A stretch of 63,778 nucleotides of DNA, filler included, from Circinaria calcarea (taxonomy: Eukaryota), in assembly GCA_051942165.1 (NCBI GenBank). It is 28 parts of 28 records of this genome, joined end to end, with 100 filler letters (N's around TTAATTAATTAA, not from the genome) between each part and the next. Parts side by side here need not be neighbours in the genome. Positions count along the whole stretch, not along the records: positions 34,330 to 36,506 come from JAVECS010003797.1; positions 36,607 to 38,782 come from JAVECS010003798.1; positions 38,883 to 41,058 come from JAVECS010003799.1; positions 41,159 to 43,334 come from JAVECS010003800.1; positions 43,435 to 45,608 come from JAVECS010003801.1; positions 45,709 to 47,881 come from JAVECS010003802.1; positions 47,982 to 50,154 come from JAVECS010003803.1; 21 more parts are not named here. One strand, given 5' to 3'. How positions within the stretch are numbered: position 1 is the stretch's first letter; the number at the start of each line of letters is the position of its first letter. The notes below the pieces were generated by a model that saw only the letters and a program-made list of their open reading frames with translations, was not told the DNA's origin and did no database searches. The position numbers and the translations under genes were made by a program. Positions 35,866 to 48,515 of this stretch are shown here, piece by piece.

Positions 35866-36506
35866 ATGCCTCCTCGACGCGATCGACTAGCCATCGCACC
35901 TCGCGTCAGTGAGGATGCTGACGAGGCAGCAGCCAACCAGTTGGCTGCTCAGCAAAGAGCGGAACGCGTGCGAGTCGAGCACGAGTCGCCTATATTCATG
36001 GGTAATGATTCCCAGGCAGAGGAAGAAGAGGAGTACAACCTGTTAAAAAAACAGGTAGACCGGAAGCGCAGGCAGACAGCAATCCTGTCGATGCGTAGGG
36101 AGATCGCTGGCGAATCGCCAGAGATTGTGTCATTATCATCGGGGCATAAAAGGGCCGCCTCGAGTGATATAGGGCCTTCGTTGGGGTCCCATCCGGGCCG
36201 TAAGGCCATACCGCCGCTTATTTATAAGGGCGAGAGTTTGGGAGAATTTCGCGCCTTTGTAAAAGGCTGCAAGGTGCACTTTGAAGCTGTCGAAGTGTAC
36301 GCGGAACGCAGACGAGTCGCCCTCGCTGCTGCTTGCCTGAGGGAGCTTGCTCTAGATGAGTGGGACAGAAGGATAGACCCTTTGGCTATCCAAACGTGGG
36401 CAGAATTTGAGGACTTCTGCCGGAATGTTATCGCGGACCCTGCGAATCGCATGGGTATCGCCAGCTTGCGGCTGAAAGAAGCCGGGCAAGGCAAGCGGTC
36501 AGTAAG
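35866..36506 (+). CDS. Retrotransposon Gag, N-terminal part (continues at 34330-34827; 348 aa in total)
   Basis: MPPRRDRL...YKGESLGEFRAFVKGCKVHF...RRVALAAACLRELALDEW...TWAEFEDF, a retrotransposon gag-like pattern that is in frame across the terminal overlap. Confidence 0.85.
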
Positions 36507-39166
36507 NNNNNNNNNNNNNNNNNNNNNNNNNNNNNNNNNNNNNNNNNNNNTTAATTAATTAANNNNNNNNNNNNNNNNNNNNNNNNNNNNNNNNNNNNNN
36601 NNNNNNGCCGGTATGTTAGCCCTTCTTCCCCAGAAAGACGTACATATTTAACGATGCACCCCACAAACATGCCATTAACCAATAGGATCTGTGTCCCACT
36701 TCCGAGACAAGGCGGCTGTGAATCGATGCAAGGGCCAAGAACGAAGAACGTCGGAATTGTGCGAGAGTACACAGATCGAGGAAAGACAAAGAAATGCAAC
36801 TGCCATGCTTCGACGTACAGCTGACAGGGTCTGCTGCAACTGTCAAAGTGACAGCTCGAGGGAAGCTTAACCTGGATGTGTGTGTGTGCTGACAGACATC
36901 TAGCGTAAGGTGGCGGAAGAGATTATCGATGCAATACCTGCTTAGAGGATACCAGGTAAATAGTGCAATACAGACGGGTAAACCGGCGGTCAAGCCGTTG
37001 ATTCGCAAAGTGGTGATAAAACAAACGAGACAAGGTCTATATAGATAATGTCCTCGATCGACCACGGATGATTTGATGTTTGCCTCCTCACAGTCACGCA
37101 GTCTCTAAGCTTGGGATCAGCAGCTCTGTAGGTGAGTTGTTCAGGCTGCTTTGGTTGGCGGAGCATTGCCTAAGACCGCTCAGTGTGCTGCAAAGAATGT
37201 CTCGGATCAGCGTACCTGCATTCCAGCCAGGGGCCATGGGTAAAACGGACATGTGTCTCTCGAGTCCGCCGTCGGTGCCTCTTGTTGCCATACACGCCAG
37301 TGATCTCCCATGCAATAGGATGCAAAGTACGGATCTCTACCAAAATGTGATCGATGTCGAGGATTGGCGGCAGCGTGGGAGGAATAGAGAGGGATTAGGG
37401 CAAAGTGCTTGGCGACTCGATTGGCTAACAGACGCCGCTCGTCACGAGCCACGGTAGATCATTCCCCGCGCTTCCCTCTGACGGGGGTGGGAAGAGATAG
37501 ATACCGACTGACGGGCCCCAAAGGTTCAATACGCTGTTTCGTCAGTCTCATTCACCTTTTCATACGGAGTACGGAGAGGATTTTAATATTATTTGTCTCG
37601 GATGGAAGTTCATCGCCGTTGATTTGCTTGCTGGCTGCTGCATCACGGCCATGGGGCCAACCGGCTTATCGATAATCGCTTGTCTCTGGCCTGCCATGCG
37701 TTGCAGTGCATGCGGGCAGGGGAAGAGCGCTGCCAGCTCATCGGCCCCAGCCTCCCCAATTTCTAACCCACCAAGCAGCCCATTGCTTCGAGCAAATAAT
37801 AAAGAATTTCCATGACAGATTGGAGACTCGTCAGAATCAAAAGTCGGTGCGGACTCTGAAAGTCGCGACTCTCTGGGGGGAAGTCAATTCTCCGTTGGGT
37901 CTCAAATCGCCAATCTGCACGGGGACTGTGGGACTTCTCTCAAAGGTCGCCGGTGTGGGTGCTGCAGCTCCGCAGGACTCCCAATCGCAAATGTTATTGA
38001 GCTCACCGTAACCAAACATTGCTGGTGATGCGAGACTCGCCGTCGGTCATCAATCTCGGGTGAAGCTTTGATCGCGTTACGGGCAGAGGGCCAAGTCCGA
38101 CCGGTTGAAGGCGCGCGGAGGAGGTGGATGGAGAGTGGAAGGTCGGGTGAAGAAGAGGCATTGGGTAGGAATCTCACTAAGGATTTGATCCCAATCTGTT
38201 CCACTGGGCCATCACCACCAAGCTCGACGGCCGACGGCTACGTAAATGCGCATTGCGAGTGGTTCGGTGTTATGATTTGGTGAAGGAAGCCGCGATCTGC
38301 AAAAAACCCCAACCTCCCCGAATATCAATAGCTTCATGGCACACGAAACTTCGTTTAGCCACCACAAACTCCCCCAGCCACGCAATTCTTTCAAAGACTC
38401 GGGCACTTCGTGAATTGCCTAGCCTTCACTGTTACCACACTCACACGATGCGAGTGCTGAATCCACATTCCACATCGATCTGCACCTTTCTCCTCATGCG
38501 CCTTAGCCCTACCTCCACAAGCAATTGAGAACACTGGTGCCATTATCGCATCGGATTCTTAACATCTGTTCCACACTGTCCGAGTTACCTCGATATCGCG
38601 TTCCGAGTCCGATACAGTCCCCAGCTCTGTCTCGACGAAACCCAGAAACCGGTGACGAGGTTTACGAAGTTCACGAAACATATTTACACTCACGCCCGCA
38701 ACGCCAGCAGCGTCGCCAAATATCACAGATTCACTCCCGGCCCTCGAGCTCTTCGGGAAGCACACGTACACTTCGAAGAACANNNNNNNNNNNNNNNNNN
38801 NNNNNNNNNNNNNNNNNNNNNNNNNNTTAATTAATTAANNNNNNNNNNNNNNNNNNNNNNNNNNNNNNNNNNNNNNNNNNNNACATACCTACCAAATACT
38901 GTCCGACTGTCTGCAATGGCTCCTATAACATCGACACGACTCAGCAGTAAAGCATGACGGCCAAGCTGTTTAAGGCGTCAATCCATCAGAAGGATTCCGT
39001 TTCGGGCGCAGCCTCATTCATTCAACCTGAAGGCTGAAACCACAGTGCCGGCTTACGACCTTGCTTACGAAATATTTGGACAGCAGTTACAGACATACTT
39101 GCTACTCCATTTTCAACTACGCTGGTAGTAACTTACAGAGAGAGCTACAGATGAGCCGTGGTGAAA

Positions 39167-40407
39167 ATGCCAGCAGATTACAACTCCACAGCTCGCGCCC
39201 TTGCGCTTCCGGTCTCACCTCCTCGATCTCCATCCATAAATCAGCAACCGGTTCGTGCAGCATGGTCAAGGTCCCAATCCCAATCCGCCTTGTCCCGGCC
39301 ACAGACTCGTTCTTCGTACGACCAAGACAGTACTAGTTTACGCGGCCAAATCCTCGACAGCGCCGAGCGACTTCAACGACATGTCTACAGGACAGTGAAA
39401 AAGCTCTCCCTACTGCAAAGATTCCTAGCGGGTGTTGTTTTAATAGCTAGCTTGGTACTGACGATACTATTTTTCGTATACAATGAGCGCATATTTGCAT
39501 GGCTCCAACCCATGGCGGAACGGTGGAAGAACCTAAGAGGGGGCTGGCTGATCCTTTGGCTCATGACCTTCGCAACGGCTTTTCCACCTGTAATCGGTTT
39601 CGCTACTTGCCTCACGATTGCTGGGTTCGTTTATGGATATCCAAACGGGTGAGAGCAGATCGGTGCTTTCTTTTGACATTATGACCATCCTGACGTCTCC
39701 CTAGGTGGTTTATTGTTGCGAGCGCCACAATCTGCGGTTCTCTCTCCTCATTTCTCCTTTCCCGTACGCTACTCTCCGGCTTCGTTCACCGCCTTGTCGC
39801 CAAAGACTCACGCTTTGCGGCCCTTTCGCTTGTCCTCAAACATGACGGATTAAAACTTCTCATCATGATTCGCCTTTGCCCCCTGCCTTATTCTATCTCT
39901 AACGGTGCTCTCTCGACCATCGAAACTATTCAACCACTCGTGTTTGCCCTGGCGACGGCGATAGCTAGTCCAAAACTCATGATCCACGTTTTTATCGGAT
40001 CTAGACTTGCTGCTATTGCTCGAAGTGGAGTAAAGATGGATACCGGGACCAAGGCCATCAACTATGCAAGCATAGTCGGAGGCATCATCCTCGGCGTTGT
40101 CACTGGGTATTTAATCTACCAGAGAACCGCTGCAAGGTCACGTGAACTCGAGGCGCAGGAACGAAATAACCACAAACCCCACCGAGGTTCTCGTTTACTA
40201 CCACCCGAATCCTTCTCCGATGATCCTGAAGGAGATGAAACGGGGCCGGGAGTAGGCAATAACGACGTGATTGATTTCCTGGATATGGAGGCCGGGGGGA
40301 GAGGCTATCAGGATGATATCAATGACGAGGATGAAGATAGTGCTTTCAGGTATGGCGATGGCAGTGCGGATGAATCGATCGGGATGGATAGACGCCCTTC
40401 CAGATGA
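39167..40407 (+). CDS. TVP38: Golgi membrane protein Tvp38 (SNARE-associated/VTT domain), complete
   Basis: GGWLILWLMTFATAFPPVIGF...AGFVYG, intron about 39649-39704, MIRLCPLPYSISN...PKLMIHVFIGSRL. Confidence 0.9.
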
Positions 40408-41158
40408 CGGACTCTGGAGACCTTTATTCGAATTCATCCTTTGGTTAGGTATTATTGGAGGGATGATTGCATAGCATCTGCACGTCAGGGACATTATAGG
40501 CAAGCAACTATAGAAGCGCTGTAAGGTATTCCTCGTGTCCACTGTACCGATTCTCCGGATTCATAAGCCTACGGATAGTCATGCGAATAGTCATGCGGAC
40601 TGCCGATCTGGGTCCATGAGGTTTCTATGATTATGTCGATGATTTCCCATGCAACTACCGGTTTCGTCGGTTCTTGCTCACCAGAGCCTTCAGTAGTCTC
40701 CTTGAGATGGTCCGAATGAGCGGCGACTCCATATAGGCAATGAGCCATATCCTTTTCACGGCACTATTGTTAACCGCTCTTTCGTCTCAGTCGGTGTCGG
40801 TCACGGATACTTAACTACCAGGTAACCAATCGATGTTAGCTCGGCTGGTTTTGACCAATCGGGCGCTAAAAGTAAACTCACGATCGCCCTAAGGTAGCAT
40901 CGTGTTACGGGTGCACTAGGGCTTCCATTACATGTACACCCCTTTAACCTACACGTACACCCCAAAAATCATAGTTGTACACCCCCCGGATTAGGTAAAA
41001 AAATAAAGTTCTTGCACTCGCGTATATACCCACCAACACTGGTTTTCTACTTTGAAAANNNNNNNNNNNNNNNNNNNNNNNNNNNNNNNNNNNNNNNNNN
41101 NNTTAATTAATTAANNNNNNNNNNNNNNNNNNNNNNNNNNNNNNNNNNNNNNNNNNNN

Positions 41159-41897
41159 TCCTTCCATTCTCCACCTTCTTGCCACCGCTCTCCGCCCTCT
41201 TCCCCGCCCTCTCACCCTCTCCAACCTCGCCGCCTCTTCCCCTCTTCTTCCCCACAGCCGCAGATCGCTCCGGCAATGCCGTATCTAGCCCCTTCACCGC
41301 AACCTTCTCCTCCTTGCTCCCCGTGCCGAACCGCTTCGCGCGCTCGAGCGCCTTGAGCGCATCGTCGTTGCTTTCTTGGATCCCGAAGCGCGCCGCCCGC
41401 GTTTTGCGCTTTTCGATTTCCGTGTCGATCGAGGTCGTCGAGAGGCCTTTGGTGAAATCCGCGGCCGAGGCAGGGGTAGGAGTGGGTTCCGCTGCGGGGG
41501 CGCTGTCGGTGACGGCAGGTGCGTCGGTGTTGCCGGTGGCTTTGAGGTCGCTGGTGGTAGAGGGGTCGATGTCAATGCTTTGGTTTGGGACGGCGGCGGG
41601 GTTAGGAACTGGGCCTTGACCGCCTGCTGCCAGGGCTGCGGCACCGGGTTCGCTTGGTTTGGTCACAGAAGTGGGCGCGTCGAGGCCAATCGCGTCGTCA
41701 TCCCAGTCGATCTCGTCGTCGGCGACCGTGGCGGAAGGTTTCGACTCGGCGGGCTTGGTACTAGGTTCCGGGTGATCTTTGTCGTACTGCTGCAGGCGAG
41801 CTACCAGATCGGCCTTTTTGCCGGTATGGGGGAGCGATCGAGCTTTGAGGAGCTCTTCGAGGTCAGCGTTCTTCTTTTTGCTGTAGTCAGAGGACAT
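41159..41897 (-). CDS. SAP-domain RNA-binding protein (Tho1/Mlo1/SARNP-like), 3' truncated
   Basis: N-terminal SAP (LEELLKARSLPHTGKKADLVARL) and C-terminal KRKTRAARFG / LERAKRFG repeats. Confidence 0.88.
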
Positions 41898-42409
41898 GAT
41901 GAGTGGTGATTGGTGTTTGAGGAGAGGAGGTAGATTTGCGCTGAGCTACTCTGAGCTGAACTGTCTCAATCCACCTCAATTAAAGCAGATGCAAAGTCTG
42001 AAGAGCGAAGTCGGCGGTGATAACAACGGGGATTGTAGTTACGCGTGTGTGTTGGAAAGATGGGAGAAGAGGTGGTCGAAGATGGTCGGAAGTATTGCGG
42101 TTTATTTAGCTAGAATGCCGACTGCACGATTCATCGTACAATAGGGTCGAGGTAAGCAATCTCCTATTGTATAGCTACGACATTCCAGACAAGATAATTC
42201 AATGAAAACCCACTAGATCGGAAAGTAATTTTGTTTATTGTTACACGAACTGTTCCGTTCTAAGGTAACCTACCCCTATCATGCTTCAGACTGTTCGTGT
42301 CGCCGATAATCCAAGACCACAGTCTGAATCGTAACCCATTGAACCCCACGATTCTGATCCAACGCCTTCGATTGTGTTTGCATGGGTATCATGATAGCCA
42401 AAGAAATCC

Positions 42410-43330
42410 CTATTGATACGCAGGAACACCATATCCACCAGACATCTGGTGCTGCTGATGTTGCTGCTGAGCTTGTTGCTGAGCCTGGGCCGCCTGCTGT
42501 TGCCTCAGCTGGCCCAAATCCCTAAACCACTGATGCCCCAAGGCATCTTTTGCGCTGATTCTCATTTCCGGTCTGAGCTGTAACATCCTGCTCAGCAAGT
42601 CTAAGCCTAATTGATCAACCTGAGGCAAGATGGATCTCAAATCTTGCGTGGCATATATATGGAAGGTCGGCTTGTATTCTGGGAACTGCGAGATACCCGG
42701 CCAGGACCTCTCGGAAGGGGTTCCCATCAGGCGAAAAATCTTCTGCAGCTCATCCTCGTTAGTCGTTCCTGGGAAAAGAGGTCTCCCCGTGTACATTTCG
42801 GCCATAATGCATCCCGCAGACCAGATGTCGATGCTCGTGTTGTAGGTCCGGCTCCCGAGAAGTACATCAGGAGCGCGATACCAGAGCGTTACGACCTCGT
42901 TCGAGAACGTGTTTACAGGTATGCCGAAAGCGCGAGCGAGTCCGAAATCTCCCAACTTCAATTGGCCCTTGCTATTTATCAGAAGATTCTGTGGCTTTAG
43001 ATCCCGATGAAGGACCCTGTTTTCATGACAGAATGCAATACCCTGAAGCAGTTGGTACATGAATGATTTGATGGTAATATAATCAAGCTGTCCCCTATCT
43101 CCACGGGAGTCCATGTATTTTTTGAGGTCTTTGTCCATGTACTCGAAGACAAGCATGAGTTTATTCTCGGTGTGAATGACATCGTGTAGAGAGACAATGT
43201 TCTCGTGTTTGAGCTCTTTCATAAGAGAAATCTCTCGGATCGCCGTCGATGGCGTCCCTTCCTCGGAATCAAGGTGTATCTCCTTCAAAGCAACAAGCTC
43301 TCCGGTTTGTCGATTACGACCTTTGAATAC
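42410..43330 (-). CDS. PHO85: Pho85/PhoA cyclin-dependent kinase, first exon(s) missing
   Basis: [53 protein letters not shown]; poly-Q tail. Confidence 0.97.
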   Translation of the reverse strand, partial: VFKGRNRQTGELVALKEIHLDSEEGTPSTAIREISLMKELKHENIVSLHDVIHTENKLMLVFEYMDKDLKKYMDSRGDRGQLDYITIKSFMYQLLQGIAFCHENRVLHRDLKPQNLLINSKGQLKLGDFGLARAFGIPVNTFSNEVVTLWYRAPDVLLGSRTYNTSIDIWSAGCIMAEMYTGRPLFPGTTNEDELQKIFRLMGTPSERSWPGISQFPEYKPTFHIYATQDLRSILPQVDQLGLDLLSRMLQLRPEMRISAKDALGHQWFRDLGQLRQQQAAQAQQQAQQQHQQHQMSGGYGVPAYQ

Positions 43331-44418
43331 CTGTNNNNNNNNNNNNNNNNNNNNNNNNNNNNNNNNNNNNNNNNNNNNTTAATTAATTAANNNNNNNNNN
43401 NNNNNNNNNNNNNNNNNNNNNNNNNNNNNNNNNNAATCTCAACATATATCACCCCCCGCGGAACAGTAGATCGAGTCAACCCGAATTAGACCTCCTAGAG
43501 AATGGAGCAAAAAGTCACCAGACGCTTTCCCGCTTAAAAGCTTGTGACCGGTCCGGCGACTTTTGCACCATTCTATACCATACGTAGCCGGTACATAAAC
43601 CAAAAAATAAAAAAGGAGAGAGAAGAAAAAATAAAAGGGATATCCCACCGTAGCAGCGCGGCTCGCTCGCTCACGTTTAATTCACTTCAACAAGGGCTAG
43701 AGAGGCAGGCACTCACTTCTCTGGGTACCACCTACCATAAGCAGGGGGCCGGCCGGCCGTTCTTTTTTTCATACATACAAATAAATAGTGGAAAGTGTTT
43801 TTATTTGAAGAAAGAAAAAAAAAAAACACCTCAAAACCCGATAACTCCCTCCTGGCCCCCTATTATATTCGATTCCTCTTTTTCCGTTTTGTTCCCCCCC
43901 CTTCTCCAATTTCGTAACCGACCCACACACACACACAGCCCAACTCTTTTGAAATTACAAGAACTCACCCCCAGGCATCTCACCACCCATACCCACACTC
44001 GCTTACTCTGATCGGGTCCACAGCGCGGGTTGTTGAAGAACGGCCGAGGGAGATTTGAATTTGTTTACAAAGGGGAAGGGTCAAAAGGGGAGGGAAGTGT
44101 TGATGATGTCTGCGGGGAGCAGACGCGATCTCTGCTCGGGATATACATGTGCAGTTGCGCGTACTTCATTTGTGAGGTAAGGAAGATGGACGCGGAAAAA
44201 GGCGTATCCACGTTTTGGCAGAGTGAGGCCTGTATCAAATTGAAAATGCGAGAGACGTAAAGTATCCTTTCTTCAGTTCACACCGTGTATGCTATACATC
44301 TAAAGCGGAGAGTTGGGAGGAGCCTATATATACGTATAATAACACTCACCGCAATCGCTATTTAAATACAAACATGATTATCTTAGCCCGCGATACTGTC
44401 GACGCTCTGATGCTTCCT

Positions 44419-45608
44419 TTAATCACGAGCCTCATGCAACCGCACCTTGACCCCGTTCCCGGGACAACTGGTCAAGGTCAAGTTGTGTTTGACCACTGGA
44501 TCCATGTCCCTGTTCTCGATCCCGTCGAACCGCTGCATCAATCTTACCGTGACATAAGATGCTTCTGTGAGTGCGAATTGCTCTGGAAATATTGTTACGA
44601 ACTGCTCTCCCTGAAAATCGAGTCTAAGATAGGAGACTTACGACCGATACAAATCCTTGGCCCGCCGTTGAACGGCAGGTACTCCCATCCTGGTTTCCTT
44701 CCAACCCATCTCTCCGGCTTAAACTCATCGGCATCTGGGCCCCAGAGGTCTTTTCGATGGTGGAGTACGTAGACCGAGTAATCGACCTGTTCATCTTTCT
44801 TGACAAAGATCTTACTTTTACCATCTGGGCCGCCACCGACCGGTAACGTCGTGTCCTTGACCGCTTGGCGAGAGTTGACCGGTACGACCGGGTAAAGGCG
44901 GAGAGCTTCGTTGAGGCAGTGCTGGAGGTATTGGCTGTTCTTGAGCTTGGTAAAGGAGATGTCGTTGGGAGAATTGTAGGTACCAAAGTCCTCAAGGATG
45001 GAGGCGCGGAGTCTGGTGAAGATGGCCTGATGGCGAACGAGGAGATAGAAGAGCCAGCCGAGTAATGATGCGGTGGTATCGCGACCGGCGAGGAGGATAT
45101 TGAGGAGTTGAGAGCGTAGTTCGATTGGATCTCTAGTCTGAGCCGCGAGGGCATCCAAGAAAACGTACTTGTCTCTTGTCTTGTTTGAGCCCTTCTCGAG
45201 TTCTTTCTCCTTGAAGTCTTTATTGAGGGCCAGGTTGACAAAGTAATCGGCAAACTCGTGGGCAGCTTTGCAGCTGCTACGGAATTCCGCATTGTTGATC
45301 AGCCAGTGACGCTCCAATAGACGAGCGCGTGATGCAAGATATCTTTGGGATACATCGAATGCTTTGGCGAAGACCTTTTCGTCCCGGCTGGCTCCACCAG
45401 TTGGAGAGAGGGAGGCGTTCTCCGGGAGATTAGCAAGTTGAGAGTCCACTGATTCGCCAAAGAGGAACTCGCATGCCGAGTCGAGTGTCAGTCTGAAAAA
45501 TAGCACCTGTAAATCTGTTTCGGCCGTCCAACCAGTGCCGTCGACGGGAAGAGCTCGCATCATATGTTTGATATGGCGTTCTTCCATGTCAAGGTCCGAG
45601 ACTTGCTC
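44419..45608 (-). CDS. Cytochrome P450 CYP52 family (alkane/fatty-acid hydroxylase), 3' part
   Basis: FFRLTLDSACEFLFGES, LLAGRDTTA, EALR, FKPERW, YLPFNGGPRICIG, intron about 44584-44640, QQFALTEASY...*. Confidence 0.93.
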
Positions 45609-45708
45609 NNNNNNNNNNNNNNNNNNNNNNNNNNNNNNNNNNNNNNNNNNNNTTAATTAATTAANNNNNNNNNNNNNNNNNNNNNNNNNNNNNNNNNNNN
45701 NNNNNNNN

Positions 45709-47035
45709 TCCCAAGGTCTACCTGTTAGGTGCCTTCCTTGCTATAATTGCCAATACATGCTTTGGCGCGTCCTTTGTCCTGCTAAACTCCTTTCTTCCGT
45801 TGATCGTCCGACATCATCCATCTATCCATCGCCCGAACTTGCACTCATCATTGGAAGGTTTAGCTGATCAGGGCCACGAGTCATCCGAAGATTTCAGCGA
45901 GGATGATATCGAAGGCCCAACGTCTGATTTGCTAAACTCGTCTGGCAGTCATATATCCAAAGTAGCGCCAACCAGTCCATCACCGTCATCGTCTCCTGAG
46001 CTGCAGCTTTCCACCGAATTATCTTCCTATGGAATCGGCATCGGCTATGCAGCCGCTGTGGTCGTACAAGTCTTTGCAATCTTTGTCCTTATCCTTACCG
46101 GCTCCACCACCTTTTCCTTTCGCCTGGTCCTCTTCCTCATTGGCCTTTGGTGGTTTATCTTCACGATCCCCGCTGCACTCTGGCTTCGTCCTCGACCAGG
46201 CCCTCCGATTCCTTCCCCGAGTAAGGGTGAGCCACAGCGCGGTTGGTTAGCCTATATTGCATATGCATGGCGATCACTAGGCAAAACCGTTCTCCGCGCC
46301 CGTCGTTTGAAAGATGTCCTGTTCTTCCTTGGCGCATGGTTTCTCCTGAGTGACGGCATTGCCACCGTCAGTGGTACTGCAATCCTGTTTGCCAAGACAG
46401 AATTGAGAATGCCACCCGGCGCTCTTGCACTCATCAATGTAGTCGTTACCCTTTTCGGCATCACTGGTGCCTTTGCATGGAGTCGGCTCTCACGATTCTT
46501 CCGCCTTCGTCCGTCCCAAACCATCTTCACTTGTATCTGCTTGTTTGAATTCATTCCTCTGTACGGTCTTGTAGGATACATCCCATTCATCGCTCAACTC
46601 GGCGTCTTCGGTCTGCAGCAACCGTGGGAAATGTACCCGCTCGCTGCCATTTACGGCTTCGTCCTCGGTGGATTGTCATCATATTGTCGAAGTCTGTTTG
46701 GAGAACTCATTCCTCCGGGCTCGGAAGCCGCCTTTTACGCCCTCTACGCGATTACCGACAAAGGTTCCAGTATCTTTGGACCCGCGATTGTCGGCGCGAT
46801 CACTGACCGATACGGGGAGATTCGGCCGGCGTTTGTGTTCTTGGCGGTGTTGATCGCGCTCCCGTTACCGTTGATGGCGTTGGTGGATGTGGAGAGGGGA
46901 AAGCGAGATGGAAAGGATCTGGCTCGAGAGTTGGAAGGGCTTACCGAGGAGGAACGGGAGTGGGAAGCCGAAGCCGAAGCCGAAGCCGAGGGCATGTCGG
47001 TTGTCATGGAGGAAGAGATTGAGGATGATGGTTGA
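45709..47035 (+). CDS. ATG22: Autophagy-related vacuolar effluxer Atg22, 3' part
   Basis: [59 protein letters not shown]. Confidence 0.94.
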
Positions 47036-48515
47036 TTAGGCGGGAAAGTCCTTTGCGTTGGTTACTTGGGGAAGGGGTTTCTTTTTTTTTCAGTTTTCGA
47101 TTAGCTGGATGTATGCATTCTTCCTGGGCATGTTTTTTTCCCCCTTTAAAAAAAGCCCAATGCAAAGATACCATTATGTTCGTAACTGTTTCCCTTGGCT
47201 TCTAGTCTCTCTCTATTATCATCACTCTCATCTTTCAAATCTCCCCCTTAAACCCCTTTAAATTAAAATCTCAACCATCGCCCAAAAAAGAAAACCCTCC
47301 TCGCTCCCTCCCTCGCTCCCTCCCCAACCAACCAACTGGGCAGTTTAGTCTCAATAATTGTAGATAGAGCCCCCACACACCATACTAATAACTTGTCTTT
47401 TTGGCAGCAGTATCGAGCTGCAAAGCCCTGCAAGCCCTACAAACATTGCAACCTTGCAACCGGCAAGTTGTATACTTGTGAAGAACTTTTTCTTTCTTTT
47501 TTCCCTTAGATATAAAACTTGATTATTTACTGCGGAAAATATGCCTCCCGTTGCCGGATTTTTTTTGGGAAGGCGGGGGCCACGGAACCAGATATTCTCT
47601 AGGGGTTCCCCGTGCCCCAACAAACAACCTATTCTATTGGTATGGTATGGTATGATATGTTATGGTAGCTGGCGGCCAATCCTTAATCCTTAATCCTTAA
47701 TCCTTATTCTATTCTAACTAATCCCAACTAATCAACCTTGCCTTTATATCCCCAAGGCCCAAGAAAAGAAAAACACCCCGCAAAAACGGGTTCCGGGTTG
47801 GGTTTCTGCCTGGAAGCGAGTAATATAAATAAATCAAAATAAAACACCCCCTTATTATATAGTAAGGGGATAGATAAAAGGNNNNNNNNNNNNNNNNNNN
47901 NNNNNNNNNNNNNNNNNNNNNNNNNTTAATTAATTAANNNNNNNNNNNNNNNNNNNNNNNNNNNNNNNNNNNNNNNNNNNNACACCGTCCCTCCGCACTC
48001 GATCGTCCCTATACGCGCAATGCACCAACCACCCTACTCTTAGGCTTTCCTTAATATAACCTCGACTTTGCATCCTCCTGCATCTCTTCCACGCTGATTT
48101 GTGTTCGCCGGCGGGCCTAATCTCGGCTTCCTGCCGTAATTATATATCCTGCCACCCCTTCCCACCCTCCATCCAATCCATGCAGATCCTGCTGCCATAC
48201 CACCCACCCTGCTTTTGCTGATTGATGATCCCGCCGGACTGGCAGTCAATCAGTCCGCAAAGTCTCCTGCTCTTCACCTTCCCTGACATCATTTCCATCT
48301 TCTTTCCACTCGTCCCAATACTCGACCAGATACACTCGAGCCGTTTCCCGATCCTGCGAGCGCTCGAGACGTTGTTGTCGTGGTGGATGACTTCGCCGAT
48401 GCGCCCACCGACAACAGGAGTGCCACAACTTCTTGCGCTCATGTTGCCCATTCACCGATACGAAAGCTACCGATAACAATCGTCGTGCGCGAGCGAGAGC
48501 TCTTCAGCTAACATC

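Larger units (their letters stand above)
34330..36506 (+). mobile_element. Gag-only non-autonomous LTR retroelement (Ty3/gypsy, Tf1/sushi-like), assembled as a circularly permuted 2085-bp unit
   Basis: 34330-34421 is identical to 36415-36506. The unit has one LTR, a polypurine tract, gag with a CCHC knuckle, and no PR/RT/IN coding. Confidence 0.88.

Noticed and set aside
34330..36506. Retrozyme (hammerhead-containing LTR element)
   Set aside because: No CUGANGA...GAAA core with flanking stems was found by eye in the LTR or hairpin array; the CTGACGA near 35917 is inside gag. A covariance-model search is needed to exclude other ribozymes.
36607..38782. Many short overlapping ORFs
   Set aside because: No recognisable domains or consistent exon chain; likely mostly promoter/UTR, with at most a gene start near the right edge.
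40930..40995. Three GTACACCCC motifs near a contig end
   Set aside because: They could be transposon subterminal repeats, but no partner TIR or TSD is visible within the contig.
41179..41909. Long antisense ORFs over the SAP protein (similarly over CYP52, ATG22 and the membrane protein)
   Set aside because: These are shadow frames of GC-rich, codon-biased genes on the opposite strand.
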